This document shows positions 42,234 to 52,048 of a stretch of DNA of 64,000 bases, one piece after another (position 1 is the stretch's first letter; the number at the start of each line of letters is the position of its first letter). This stretch comes from an uncultured Rickettsiales bacterium (lineage in GTDB: Bacteria > Myxococcota_A > UBA796 > UBA9615 > CAYRNR01). The stretch covers positions 12,451 through 76,450 of the forward strand of contig CAZITQ010000003.1 of the NCBI GenBank assembly GCA_964542165.1. Direction: 5' to 3'. The notes under the pieces are model-generated. The model made no database searches, had not been told where the DNA came from, and saw nothing but the letters and a program-made list of their open reading frames with translations. The position numbers and the translations under genes are program-made.

Positions 42234-43538
42234 CTACATGATGTTCACGAGCTCCTGCAGCAGCTGGTCGGTCGTGCTCACAACCCGGGCCGCGGCCTGG
42301 TAGCCGCGCTGGGCGGTGATCATCGACACGAACTCGCTCTCGATGTCGACGTTCGATCCCTCGAGGGCGTACTGGTAGATGGAACCGCGACTCCCGCTCT
42401 CGGCGGCGCCCACCAGCGGTTCGCCGCTGGTCGAGGTGGCCAGCCAGAGGTTGTCCCCGGCCCGGTTCAGCCCCTCGGTACTGGTGAAGGTCGCCAGAGC
42501 GACCTGGCCCAGCAGCTGGGTCTGGCCGTTGGAGTACACCCCGGTGACCTCGCCGTCGGTGCCGACCTGCCAGTCGATCAGGTCCCCGTAGCCCCAGCCG
42601 TCCTGGCTCAGGCCGGAGACGGACGAGCCGTCGCCGTTGGCGTCGAATGCGCTGATCTCGCCCTCGGAGTCCGCGTCGGCCCCGAAGTCGAAGGCGATGG
42701 TCTGGGCCTCGGCCCCCGTGAAGGTCACCGCGGTCTGGGAGTCGACGGTGGCCGTCTCCAGCTCGCCGCTGCCGTCGAAGTCCAGGGTGCCGGCCTCGAG
42801 CGACACGATGTCCCCCTCGGTCCCGCCGGTCTCCCCGGCATCCACGGTCACGTGGTACTCCCAGGTGTTGGCCGCGTCGTCCGACTTCTGGAAGTAGACG
42901 ATGACGTCGTGCTCGCCGCCCTTGCTGTCGTAGACCGTCAGCGAGGTGGAGAAGTCGCACTGGGCGGCCGCCTCGGTGTGGGTCGCGGGGATGGTGCCGC
43001 CCCAGGGGTAGTCCTGCTCGCTGACCGGGTCGTCCCGATCCAGGTTCGCCGAGACGATCACGTTCTCGGTCGCGGACGGATCCAGGGCTGCCGGGCCGAT
43101 GTTGATGTCGCCCAGGCTACTGCCCAGCTCCCCGGTGGAGTCGGCGGTGTAGCCCTGCAGGGCGTAGCCACCCAGGGTCGTCAGGTTGTTGTCGGCGTCC
43201 ACCGAGAAGGAACCCGCGCGGGTGTAGAACTGTCCCTCGGACGACTTGACGATGAAGAAGCCCGAGCCGTCCACGGCGAAGTCCGCGGTCCGGCCGGTGG
43301 TGGAGATCGATCCCTGGGTGAAGGAGTTGCTGACGCCTCCCAGGAAGGCGCCCAGCCCCAGCTGCGAGCTGCGGCTGGCGCCTGCCACGTCCTGGATGAT
43401 CAGGTCCTGGAACTCGGCGCGGCTGCCCTTGAAGCCGATGGTGTTGAGGTTGGCCAGGTTGTCGCCGGACACCGCCAGCGAGGTGGAGTTGACACCCAGT
43501 CCCGTCACACCGGTATTGAGCGTACTGAACAGACCCAT
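42234..43538 (-). CDS. flgE: Flagellar hook protein FlgE
   Basis: MGLFSTLNTGVTGLGVNSTSLAVSGDNLANLNTIGFKGSRAEF. C-terminal LEGSNVDIESEFVSMITAQRGYQA. Confidence 0.95.
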   Translation of the reverse strand: MGLFSTLNTGVTGLGVNSTSLAVSGDNLANLNTIGFKGSRAEFQDLIIQDVAGASRSSQLGLGAFLGGVSNSFTQGSISTTGRTADFAVDGSGFFIVKSSEGQFYTRAGSFSVDADNNLTTLGGYALQGYTADSTGELGSSLGDINIGPAALDPSATENVIVSANLDRDDPVSEQDYPWGGTIPATHTEAAAQCDFSTSLTVYDSKGGEHDVIVYFQKSDDAANTWEYHVTVDAGETGGTEGDIVSLEAGTLDFDGSGELETATVDSQTAVTFTGAEAQTIAFDFGADADSEGEISAFDANGDGSSVSGLSQDGWGYGDLIDWQVGTDGEVTGVYSNGQTQLLGQVALATFTSTEGLNRAGDNLWLATSTSGEPLVGAAESGSRGSIYQYALEGSNVDIESEFVSMITAQRGYQAAARVVSTTDQLLQELVNIM

Positions 43539-43727
43539 GGGTTCCTCCGAACGGACCCCACGCAGGGCGCGCGGTCCTTCGTCTCAGGTGGCAGCGCTTC
43601 AGTCGGTCCGCGCCGCCTGGCCCTTCTGACGCCCCATGGCGTTCAGTCCGGACCGTGTTGTCTCGCCTTCGTCGGCTCCCCGCGAATCGCGCGGGGGACC
43701 CTTCCTAAGGAGGTCGAAATCCGACCT

Positions 43728-44102
43728 CTAGTCGTCCAACCCCAGCACGATGGTGGAGTCGATGTTGGTGTAGACGCGGTCACCGGCGCCCTTGTGTGCC
43801 GTGATCACCGTGCGATTCGGCACGCTGACCACGAAGGCCACGCCGTCCATCAGGATCAGGGTCTCCTGGGAGCCCCGCTCCGATGCCTCGTCCACCGCCG
43901 TACTCAACCGATCCATCTCCTGGGGTTGCAGGTCCACGCCACGGCTCTCCAGCCGCCGCGCGGCATGCCCGCTGATCCGGAGCTTGTCGTCCAGCTCCCG
44001 GGCGAATTCGGCACCGTCGGGTGCCTTGCCCGACCGACTCCCCTGGCGCACCGCGCCCGGGTTCACCGCCGGTTGGATCGCGCTGGCGCCGTACGCCATC
44101 AC
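43728..44102 (-). CDS. Flagellar operon protein of the flgD-flgE intervening family (TIGR02530-like)
   Basis: LRISGHAARRLESRGVDL........L..AV..A...G....L.LMDGVAFVVSVPNRTVITA matches my recollection of that family. Position between flgD and flgE. Confidence 0.6.
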   Translation of the reverse strand: MMAYGASAIQPAVNPGAVRQGSRSGKAPDGAEFARELDDKLRISGHAARRLESRGVDLQPQEMDRLSTAVDEASERGSQETLILMDGVAFVVSVPNRTVITAHKGAGDRVYTNIDSTIVLGLDD

Positions 44103-44836
44103 TCACTCTCCTCGGCAGGAGCGCCCGCGAACACGGGGTCGGCGTCACCTCCGGCCAGGGCATCGAGCACCTCGGCCTGGGCGGCGTTCGAGCCCGGCAG
44201 TACGGCCAGGACCTGGTCCAGGCCCAGCGTCAGGTCGCCGACGACCAGCTGGACGATGCCCTCGGAGAAGTCGAGGCCCGTGACCGTGCCGCTCACCGCG
44301 GCCTGGGCGGTCACCTCGGCGTCCTCGAAGGTCGCCTCGACCATGATCTGGTAGCTCTCGCCCGCCTCGGCACCATTCCAGGTGAAGCTGTTGAGCCCCG
44401 CCTGGGCATCGCTGGCCGTGATGGTGTCCACCACCTCGCCCGCGGTGTCGAGGATCGACACCGTCACCGAGTCCGCCTCGCCACCGAGCACGTACCCCAG
44501 CTCCACGGAGCTCGTCTCCGCCGTGAACTCGTCGCCCGCGACCATCACCGAACGATCGATGAGCTGGACCGCCGACGCGTTGTTCAGCGACGCCATGCCC
44601 AGGATCAGCGACTGCAGGTTGTCGTTGGCCGCCTGCAGCTGCTCCACCTGATTCAGGGACGAGATCTGTTGCATCATCTGCGTCCCCTCCATCGGGCTCA
44701 GGGGATCCTGGTGTTGCAGCTGGGTCATCAGCAGGTTCAGGAAGTCCTGCTCGTCCAGCTCCTGGGACGGCGTGTCCGGAGGACCCGCGCCCGGCAGCTC
44801 GTTGAGATAACTCGTGTTGACCGAACCGACGCTCAA
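44099..44836 (-). CDS. flgD: Flagellar hook capping/assembly protein FlgD
   Basis: TTG 44836 after GGAGAGGAGAGGGAA. DQDFLNLLMTQLQHQDPLSPM signature. FlgD Ig-like C-terminal region. The ORF track extends it to 45361. Confidence 0.85.
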   Translation of the reverse strand: MSVGSVNTSYLNELPGAGPPDTPSQELDEQDFLNLLMTQLQHQDPLSPMEGTQMMQQISSLNQVEQLQAANDNLQSLILGMASLNNASAVQLIDRSVMVAGDEFTAETSSVELGYVLGGEADSVTVSILDTAGEVVDTITASDAQAGLNSFTWNGAEAGESYQIMVEATFEDAEVTAQAAVSGTVTGLDFSEGIVQLVVGDLTLGLDQVLAVLPGSNAAQAEVLDALAGGDADPVFAGAPAEESE

Positions 44837-44870
44837 TTCCCTCTCCTCTCCCGGTGGTCCTGGATTCGAC

Positions 44871-46349
44871 CTAGAGGAACCAACCGGAGGCCACCGTCTC
44901 CTCCGGGCGTGCCGCGGCCGCGGCGGTTCCCTGTCCGGTGCGTTCACGCCCCATGCGCGAACGCGTCTCTGCTTCGTCCCTCGGATCGGGCTGGTCCGCG
45001 TCCCGCCCGCCGTCTCCGGCGAGCTGGGCCATGACCTCGTCCTCGAACCGCACGATGGCGCGCCCTTCGTGACGCACCACGAAGCTCTGCAGCTGGTACC
45101 CCTCCTCGGCCAGGCGAACCCTGAGGAGTTCGTGGGCCGAGGACATGGACTGGGCCGTGCCGCCTTCCTGGACGGCGAGGACCACCCGCACCGAGCGCGA
45201 GTCCGCATCCATGTACATGCGGCCCCGGACCGTCTCACCACCCGAGGTGGGGACGCGGATCCGGACCCCACCTGCCTCGGCTCCCGGATCGGCCTGGGCG
45301 AACCCCGTACCCGGGGAGGCGCCGGCGGCCGCCGTGGGCCCCGCGGGTGCTGCCGGCCCACTGGCCACCGTGCTCGCGGCGCCCGCGGGCGGCGCCGCCG
45401 CGCCGGCCACGGGGGTCACGACCTCGGCGGCCGCGGTGGTGGGGGCGGGGGCCTGGGTCGCGGGCGCGGCCTCGGTCCCCCCGGGTGCGCTCGCCGCCGC
45501 GAGCTGCTGGGGGGAACGGAGGGTTGCCGCCCAGCTCCTGGGCGCCTGGGTCTTCGCCGCCTCGCTCGCAGCCGCCCCCGTCGCACCCGCCAGCCCCTTG
45601 CCACTGGGCGCGCCCACGGCTCCGGGGGACGCCAAACCAGCGAGCTGTTGGCCGCCGCGAATCCGCCCCATGCGTTTGAGGTAGCTGCCCAGCGACTGGG
45701 GTCCCGCGTGCGCCGCCCCGGGTCCCTCGGTCGGCCCGTCCGCGCCGACCCCCGGCTCGCCGCTCGTCGAGCCGCTGGAGCCCTGCCACGCCCTCACCCA
45801 GGCTCGGATGCCCTCGCTGCCGCGGGTGGTCCGCCCCCGGAACGCGCCCGTGCGGATCGACTCGGCAAAGCTGTCCGGGTTTGCCGGCCCCTGGACCGCC
45901 CCCTGCGGGGACGCGCCGGGTCCGCCGGTGGCGGCCGGCGAGCCCTGGTCGGGTTGACCAGCGGCCGCCCGGACGGACGCCGCGCCAGCATCGGTGGGCG
46001 CCCGCTCCAAACGCCCCGTCAGCCGTGCCTGTCCATCCGGACGCCGCTGGCTCCGTGTCAGACCGTCGAGGACCGCGTCCACACCCCTGTGGCTCCTGGC
46101 GACCCTGTCCTCGCGCCCCGTCTCCATCGCGTTCGTCTTCCCGCAGTCGTCTGCCTGCCCCTGCTCGGTTTCCCGCGGAACGAAACGTTCCCGGGCCTGG
46201 TGTCCCTGCCCCTCGACACCCATCAGCTCCTGGAAGGCCGCCTCACCATTGGCGGGGGTCTCCTCACCGCGATCGACCGCGGCCGCGGTCCGGGTCGCCG
46301 CGGCACCGCTGGCCAGGGCGGAGGACAGCGCGTTGCGCACACGGCTCAT
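44871..46349 (-). CDS. fliK: Flagellar hook-length control protein FliK
   Basis: ATG 46349 after AGGAGG, with an ATGA overlap with the upstream gene. Ala/Pro/Gly-rich middle. C-terminal Flg_hook-like VRVVLAVQEGGTAQ....ELLRVRLAEEGYQL. Confidence 0.7.
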   Translation of the reverse strand: MSRVRNALSSALASGAAATRTAAAVDRGEETPANGEAAFQELMGVEGQGHQARERFVPRETEQGQADDCGKTNAMETGREDRVARSHRGVDAVLDGLTRSQRRPDGQARLTGRLERAPTDAGAASVRAAAGQPDQGSPAATGGPGASPQGAVQGPANPDSFAESIRTGAFRGRTTRGSEGIRAWVRAWQGSSGSTSGEPGVGADGPTEGPGAAHAGPQSLGSYLKRMGRIRGGQQLAGLASPGAVGAPSGKGLAGATGAAASEAAKTQAPRSWAATLRSPQQLAAASAPGGTEAAPATQAPAPTTAAAEVVTPVAGAAAPPAGAASTVASGPAAPAGPTAAAGASPGTGFAQADPGAEAGGVRIRVPTSGGETVRGRMYMDADSRSVRVVLAVQEGGTAQSMSSAHELLRVRLAEEGYQLQSFVVRHEGRAIVRFEDEVMAQLAGDGGRDADQPDPRDEAETRSRMGRERTGQGTAAAAARPEETVASGWFL

Positions 46350-46897
46350 GGAACCTCCTGACTCGACGGCTGGACCTCGATCGGGTCCACCGCCAGCGAC
46401 GCGGACAGCTTCGCCGCGATTCTCGGGTCCATCCCACCCAGGATGCGGCCGGCCTGCCGCGGAGAGAGGCGCTCGAGGACCGCGGCTGCCAGCACCGTGT
46501 CCATCTGGCTCAGCATCGCGGCGGCGTCGCTCGACCGCATGGAGTTGACCATCTGCACCAGCGCGTCCGCCCCCTCCGCGCGGGCCGCCGCCCGGGCGTC
46601 GATGAGCTTCTCGATCTCGTCCCGCAGCTCCTGCAGCCGCTCCATCTCCGCCTGGACCTCCTCCTGTCGGGCCATCAGGGCCTGCTCCTGGAGCAGCACC
46701 AGCTCCTCCCGCTGGTCCAGCTCCCTGGACCTCGAGGCCATCAACTCGATCACCGTCAGCTCCTCGGGGAGCAGGCAGGGGTTGTCCTGCCACTCCGACG
46801 AAGCCAGCGAGTCCTGGCCCAGGGCGCCGGGGGCCGGTAGGGCCCACAACACCGCCAGGGAGAGCAGGGTGAGGATCCAGCGTCCGCCGGCGTTCAT
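46346..46897 (-). CDS. MotE/YlxF-like flagellar protein (MgtE_N-like domain)
   Basis: Signal/TM segment, then a coiled coil, then MRSSDAAAMLSQMD...AAAVLERLSPRQAGRILGGMDP. In the fliJ-ylxF-fliK position. Confidence 0.6.
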   Translation of the reverse strand: MNAGGRWILTLLSLAVLWALPAPGALGQDSLASSEWQDNPCLLPEELTVIELMASRSRELDQREELVLLQEQALMARQEEVQAEMERLQELRDEIEKLIDARAAARAEGADALVQMVNSMRSSDAAAMLSQMDTVLAAAVLERLSPRQAGRILGGMDPRIAAKLSASLAVDPIEVQPSSQEVP

Positions 46898-47337
46898 GTG
46901 CGGTCCTCCCCCTGGCCCCGGTGCCAGCGCCCGGTGGCCAGGTCGTCGTGTTGCGCTTCCTCGCGACGGTCCGCCTCGCCCCGCCGCTCCCGCTCCGCGG
47001 AGTCGTGCAGGTTGACCATCTGCCGGTGCTGGATCACCCGCTGCTCCAGGGCCTCCCGGGAGTTCAACAGCTCCTGCCGCTTCTCCTCGCGCTCCCCCTG
47101 CACCTGTCCCAGGGTCGCCCGCAGCCCGTGGAGATAGGCCTCGGACAGATCCCGTTCGAAGGGATCCGCCACGGAGCTACGCGCCTCCATCTCGGCGCGG
47201 TCGATCTCGGCCCGCAGCTCCTCGGCCCGCCCTTCCAGCATCGCCAGCTGGGAGGCGACCTTCCGCACGCCCACCGCCTCCTCGTCCCGCTTGTGACGGG
47301 CCAGGTCCCGCAGCAGCGCCCGCGAGTCGCGCGTCAT
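46894..47337 (-). CDS. fliJ: Flagellar export protein FliJ
   Basis: 147-aa charged coiled-coil protein directly after fliI, with ATGA overlaps on both sides. Confidence 0.7.
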   Translation of the reverse strand: MTRDSRALLRDLARHKRDEEAVGVRKVASQLAMLEGRAEELRAEIDRAEMEARSSVADPFERDLSEAYLHGLRATLGQVQGEREEKRQELLNSREALEQRVIQHRQMVNLHDSAERERRGEADRREEAQHDDLATGRWHRGQGEDRT

Positions 47338-48695
47338 CGGGTCGCCCCCGAGAGCTGCTCGGTGTCGATCCGGGCGGCCAGCTCGGCCAGGGCCCGGAGG
47401 GTCTCGTCGAAGGTGGGCGTCTCGTCCATCCCCTGGGTGAGGAAGGCCTCGACCGTGGGCATCAGCTCGATGGCGTGGTCCACCGCGGGATTGCTACCCG
47501 CGCGGTAGGCGCCGATCTGGATCATCTCCTCCGCCTCGGCATACACCGCCAGCAACCTGCGCAGTGTCGCCGCGTCTCGCTGGTGGTCCGGATCCGCAAC
47601 GTCCCGCATGACCCGACTCACCGAGGCGAGCACGTCGATGGAGGGGTAGTGGCCCCGGGAGGCCAGCCGCCGGGAGAGCACCACGTGACCGTCGAGGATC
47701 GACCGGGCCGAGTCGGCGATGGGGTCGCGCATGTCGTCCCCCTCCACCAGCACGGTGAACAGGCCGGTGATCGACCCGCCGTTCTCCATGGCGCCGCAGC
47801 GCTCGAGGAGACGGGGCATCAGGCCGAAGACGCTCGGGGTGTACCCGCGGGCCGTCGGGGGCTCGCCAACCGCCAGGCCGATCTCCCGCTGGGCCATGGC
47901 GAAGCGGGTGAGCGAATCCATCATGAACACCACGTGCAGCCCCTGAGCCCGGAAATGCTCGGCGAAGGCCATGGCGACGAAGGCGCCCTTGACCCGGAGC
48001 ACGGGGGACTGGTCGGAGGTCACCGCCACCACCACCGAACGCTCCATGCCCGCGGGTCCCAGATCACGCTCGATGAACTCGCGCACCTCGCGACCGCGCT
48101 CGCCGATCAGCGCGATCACGTTCACGTCCGCGGAGACCTCGCGGGCGATGGTCCCCAGCAGGGTCGACTTGCCCACACCCGCGCCGCTGAAGATGCCCAG
48201 GCGCTGGCCCTGCCCGCAGGTCAGCAGGCCGTCCATGGCCTTCACCCCCAGCTCCAGGGAGGTGTCGATCCGCGCGCGCTTCATGGGCGACACGTTCTCC
48301 GCGTAGACCGAGATCGAGGTCTCGGGTTCCACCGGCTCGCCGTCGTCGATGGGGCGGCCGAGTCCGTCCACCACCCGACCCAGCAGCTCACCGCCCACCG
48401 GGATCCGGAACGCTGTCCCCAGCACCTCCAGCGAGGATCCGTGGTACACCCCGGCGAGCTCACCGTAGGGCATCACCAGCACCGAACGACCCCGGAATCC
48501 CACCACCTCGCCCAGCAGCGTCTCGCGTCCGCCGTCGGCCCCCACCGCACACAGGCTGCCCAGCACGGCGCCCGGCGCGTTGCCCTCGATGATCGTCCCC
48601 ACCACGTCGGACACCGAACCCTGGCGGCGGAACTGGGGGATCCCCGAGATGCGGTTCGCCACCCCCCTCAGCGGCCGTGCCATCGCGGGATTCAC
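47334..48695 (-). CDS. fliI: Flagellum-specific ATPase FliI
   Basis: GTG 48695 after GGAGGAG (GTGA overlap with fliH). Walker A GIFSGAGVGKST. Walker B HVVFMMDSLTR. Confidence 0.95.
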   Translation of the reverse strand: MNPAMARPLRGVANRISGIPQFRRQGSVSDVVGTIIEGNAPGAVLGSLCAVGADGGRETLLGEVVGFRGRSVLVMPYGELAGVYHGSSLEVLGTAFRIPVGGELLGRVVDGLGRPIDDGEPVEPETSISVYAENVSPMKRARIDTSLELGVKAMDGLLTCGQGQRLGIFSGAGVGKSTLLGTIAREVSADVNVIALIGERGREVREFIERDLGPAGMERSVVVAVTSDQSPVLRVKGAFVAMAFAEHFRAQGLHVVFMMDSLTRFAMAQREIGLAVGEPPTARGYTPSVFGLMPRLLERCGAMENGGSITGLFTVLVEGDDMRDPIADSARSILDGHVVLSRRLASRGHYPSIDVLASVSRVMRDVADPDHQRDAATLRRLLAVYAEAEEMIQIGAYRAGSNPAVDHAIELMPTVEAFLTQGMDETPTFDETLRALAELAARIDTEQLSGATR

Positions 48696-49375
48696 TGCGA
48701 CTCCTCCCCGTCGGCGTCCTCGTCGGCGCGCAGGGCGTCCAGCTCCTGCCCGAGCCGGTTCAGGCGGTCCTCGACGGTGGCGTCCACCGTGCCCTCGGGG
48801 GCCTGCAGGAGGCAGCCGCCGGGCTGAATGCTGGCGTCGGGCTGGATGGTCAGATCCCAGGTGGCCCAGGCCTTGCGGCCCAGGCTCAACTCCGCGGTGA
48901 GGGTCTCGTGGTCCGAGGGGTTGACCAGGATGGTGATGGAGTCGCCGCCCTGGAAGTCCTCGAGGATGCCGTCGACCACCCTCACGATGAGCTCCCGGTC
49001 GTGCTCCAGGGTCGCCATGTGCAGCCAATCCATACAGGAAGCCAGCACGTCGACCATGTCGTTGCGCGACGAGGTCATCATCTGTGCCCGGGTCGTCTCC
49101 AGCTCGTGGACCAGCTCCCGCGCCAGCCCCACCAGACCGTCCAGCTCCTCCCGGCCCCGGGTCAGGCCCTCGGCGTAGCCGGCCTCGTACCCCTCCTCGT
49201 TCCCCCGGGCCGTCTGTTCGGCGAGCAGCTCCTCGGGGGTCGGGCCCTGGGGTTCCTCGCGCCGCTCCGGCTCCGGCTGAACCTCTGGCTCGCCGGCGAG
49301 GGGCTGGAACGGCTGCTGGCGCTGGGACAGCGCCTGGAAGCCGGTTCCCACGGAGCGGAGCGGACGGAAACTCAC
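48692..49375 (-). CDS. fliH: Flagellar assembly protein FliH
   Basis: GTG 49375 (GTGA overlap with the fliG stop). Glu-rich coiled coil followed by a FliH C-terminal-like domain. The ORF track extends it to 50053. Confidence 0.8.
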   Translation of the reverse strand: MSFRPLRSVGTGFQALSQRQQPFQPLAGEPEVQPEPERREEPQGPTPEELLAEQTARGNEEGYEAGYAEGLTRGREELDGLVGLARELVHELETTRAQMMTSSRNDMVDVLASCMDWLHMATLEHDRELIVRVVDGILEDFQGGDSITILVNPSDHETLTAELSLGRKAWATWDLTIQPDASIQPGGCLLQAPEGTVDATVEDRLNRLGQELDALRADEDADGEESQ

Positions 49376-50403
49376 AGGATCATGTCCGCGTCGTCGGCGT
49401 TGACGAACATCAGCTTGGCCTGGCCCTCGAGCACCAGCGCCTGGGCCATGATCCGGCGCTGGGCCTCCTCGACGTCCTGCAGACGCATGGCGCCCAGGAC
49501 CTCCAGGTCCTCCTGAAGGAACTGCGCGGCCCGGGTGGACATGTTGCGGAAGAACTTCTCCTGAACGTTGGGTGGGCTGCCCTTGAGCGCCACCGTCAGG
49601 TCCTTGCGGTCGACCATCTTCAGCAGCGCCTGGATGCCCTGATCGTTGGCGTAGTACAGCGTGTCGAAACTGTACATGGAGCGCATGATGGCCTCGCCCA
49701 GCTCCTCGTCCTCGGCGCGGATCCGCTTCAGGCACTCCTCGCGCTCGGCGGGGGAGAGGCTCTTGAGCACCGCCGCGGCGCTCTCCACGCCCTCCAGATC
49801 GGTGCTCTCGGCGTCCGCCTGCAACGGCACCGCCTGCAGGAGGACCTCTTCCAGCTCCCCGAGCACCTCCGCGGACAGGTCGCCCAGCTGGGCCTGTCGC
49901 ATCAGCACCTGGTCCCGCAGCTCGTCGGGCAGCTGCTGGAGGATCCGGGCGGTGATCCGGGGCTCGGCCAGGGCACAGACCACGGCGATGGTCTGGGGGT
50001 GCTCGCGCCCGAGCACCGACGCCAGGGTCGCCGCCGGCATGGTGCTCAACCACGCTCGGATCGAACGGAGCTCCTTGCCGTCGATCTTGCGCACGATCTC
50101 CTGGGCCACCGAGGGGTCGGCGACCCTGGGGAAGACGTTTTGCAGATAGCGCCGTCCCTCGAGCCGCAGGGGCGCCGGCGAGACGATCCGGCCCACGAAC
50201 TCCAGGCAGACCGCTTCGACCGTCTCACGGGAGAGCTCGGGGAGGTTGGCCACCGTGGTCCCCACCGCCTTGACCTGGTCCGCGTCGAGCTGCGACAGCA
50301 GCTGCCGGACCACGTCCTCGGGCAAGTTCATGACCAGCACCGCGGCCTTCTGCAGCGCCGTCAACGACTCGGCGGTTTCCATCGGGTCGATCGCCACGTT
50401 CAC
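49372..50403 (-). CDS. fliG: Flagellar motor switch protein FliG
   Basis: LTALQKAAVLVMNL. C-terminal torque-helix region MSTRAAQFLQEDLE.LG..RL.DVEEAQ..I. GTG 50403 after GGAGGG. Confidence 0.95.
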   Translation of the reverse strand: MNVAIDPMETAESLTALQKAAVLVMNLPEDVVRQLLSQLDADQVKAVGTTVANLPELSRETVEAVCLEFVGRIVSPAPLRLEGRRYLQNVFPRVADPSVAQEIVRKIDGKELRSIRAWLSTMPAATLASVLGREHPQTIAVVCALAEPRITARILQQLPDELRDQVLMRQAQLGDLSAEVLGELEEVLLQAVPLQADAESTDLEGVESAAAVLKSLSPAEREECLKRIRAEDEELGEAIMRSMYSFDTLYYANDQGIQALLKMVDRKDLTVALKGSPPNVQEKFFRNMSTRAAQFLQEDLEVLGAMRLQDVEEAQRRIMAQALVLEGQAKLMFVNADDADMIL

Positions 50404-50404
50404 C

Positions 50405-52000
50405 TCAGCCCTCCTCGATCCAGTCGCGCAGGGCGCGAACCGAGACGGGGAGGTTGGTCTGCAGCACCGAGACCAGGGGATCGCCATCACCCTGGTGCCC
50501 CGTCAGCTGCACCAGCTGCCGCTGGAACTCGGGGCTCCGACCCTCGAGCAGGGCCAGGGGACTGTCCGGGTCGCCGAATTCATCCTCACGCACCGGCGTG
50601 ACCACCGACTGCATCACCGGTCGGGCCACGTAGCGGTAGGCGAGGATCAGCAGGGTGATGACCACCAGCCAGCGCCCCGCCTTGCCCCAGGGCACCAGGG
50701 CGAAGATCGGCATCCCGGCCTCGGTGACCTCGCCCTGCGCCGCATCCACGAACGGCATGTCCACCACGGTGAGCACGTCCCCGCGGTTCAGCTCCACGCC
50801 CACGGCGGCGACGATGGCGTCGGTGATCTTCTGGATCTCGTCCTCGGTGCGCGGGGTGTAGCTGACCTCTCCGGTCTCCTCGTCCAGCAGCCTCTCCTGG
50901 TCCACGAGCACCGCCACGCTCAGCCGTTCCACCCGGCCCGCAGGCTGGTGGCTGTCGGTCGTGCGTGTCGGGGTCAGGAAGGTGTTCTCCTCGGACATCG
51001 AGCTGGACTCGGCCACACCTTCGGCCCCTCCCGCACCCGCACGGGCCTCGATCTCGGGCAGGTTGGAGCCGCTCCCGGGAACCCCGGACGCGGACGCGTT
51101 GCCGCCGCTCTCGTTGCGCTCGGTGAACGAGGAGTTGGACGGGGTGGCCTTGGTGCCGTCGTAGTCCACCGCCGAGACCTGGCTGGTCGCGGTGTCGACC
51201 CTCAGGGTGACCTGGACGTCGGTCCGGTCCTCGGCGTAGAGCCGGTTCAAGGCGGCCTTGGCCTTGGCCTGCAGCTCCTTTTCCCGCTGCCGGACGATCT
51301 CCAGCATCCGGTCGACCGCCGCCACGCCGTCCTCTTCCTCGATGGGACGGGTGTAGAGGACCCCGGTGGTGTCGGTGACCACCACGTCTCCAGGCCTGAG
51401 GTTGGGAACCGACGCGGCCACCAGGTTGGTCACCGCCCTGACCTGGGAGCTGGTCAGGCGCTGGCCCGACGCCAGCTCCAGGTCCACGCTGGCCCGGGCG
51501 TCGATCCGGTCCTCCCGGAACAGGGCGCTCTCGGGCATCACCAGGCGCACGCTGGCCCGCTTGACCCCCTCCATCCGGGACAGGGTTCGCGCGAGCTCCC
51601 CCTGCAGCGCGACCTGGAAGGTCACCTTCTCCTCGAAGCGGGTGATGCTCTTGCTGCCGTTCTCCAGCAGGTAGTCCATGCCCGGCAGCGTCGAGCCGAG
51701 CTCGCTGCCGTAGGCCACCAGCCGGGCCTCTTCCACCTGGGAGGCGGGCACGAGCAGGCGGTCGCCCTGGACCTTCACCTGGAAGTCCTGGTCCCTCAGG
51801 GTGCCCACCAGCGTCTGGGCCGTGGCCGGCTCCAGGCCGGCGATCACGGGGGTCCACCGGGGTCGTCCGGCCCAGACCGCCACGACGACGATCAGCGCCA
51901 CGGAGACGCCGACGATCGCCAGCAGGGCCTGCCGCCGGCGGGGGCTCAGATCGGCATAGAACTCGCGCGTCCGGGCGTACAGCTGATTCAGGCCGTCCAT
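50405..52000 (-). CDS. fliF: Flagellar MS-ring protein FliF
   Basis: 531 aa. N-terminal TM helix. YscJ/FliF family core (..LVAYGSELG....GMDYL..). Second TM helix near the C-terminus. Confidence 0.95.
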   Translation of the reverse strand: MDGLNQLYARTREFYADLSPRRRQALLAIVGVSVALIVVVAVWAGRPRWTPVIAGLEPATAQTLVGTLRDQDFQVKVQGDRLLVPASQVEEARLVAYGSELGSTLPGMDYLLENGSKSITRFEEKVTFQVALQGELARTLSRMEGVKRASVRLVMPESALFREDRIDARASVDLELASGQRLTSSQVRAVTNLVAASVPNLRPGDVVVTDTTGVLYTRPIEEEDGVAAVDRMLEIVRQREKELQAKAKAALNRLYAEDRTDVQVTLRVDTATSQVSAVDYDGTKATPSNSSFTERNESGGNASASGVPGSGSNLPEIEARAGAGGAEGVAESSSMSEENTFLTPTRTTDSHQPAGRVERLSVAVLVDQERLLDEETGEVSYTPRTEDEIQKITDAIVAAVGVELNRGDVLTVVDMPFVDAAQGEVTEAGMPIFALVPWGKAGRWLVVITLLILAYRYVARPVMQSVVTPVREDEFGDPDSPLALLEGRSPEFQRQLVQLTGHQGDGDPLVSVLQTNLPVSVRALRDWIEEG

Positions 52001-52048
52001 TCGCGTCCTACCTCGTGGTCTCGAAAGGGTGGTGGGTCGTCATCCGTG

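Noticed and set aside
41334-44354. 1006-aa + strand ORF across HDOD/flgE/flgD
   Set aside because: This is the same situation: FlgE on the opposite strand is unambiguous.
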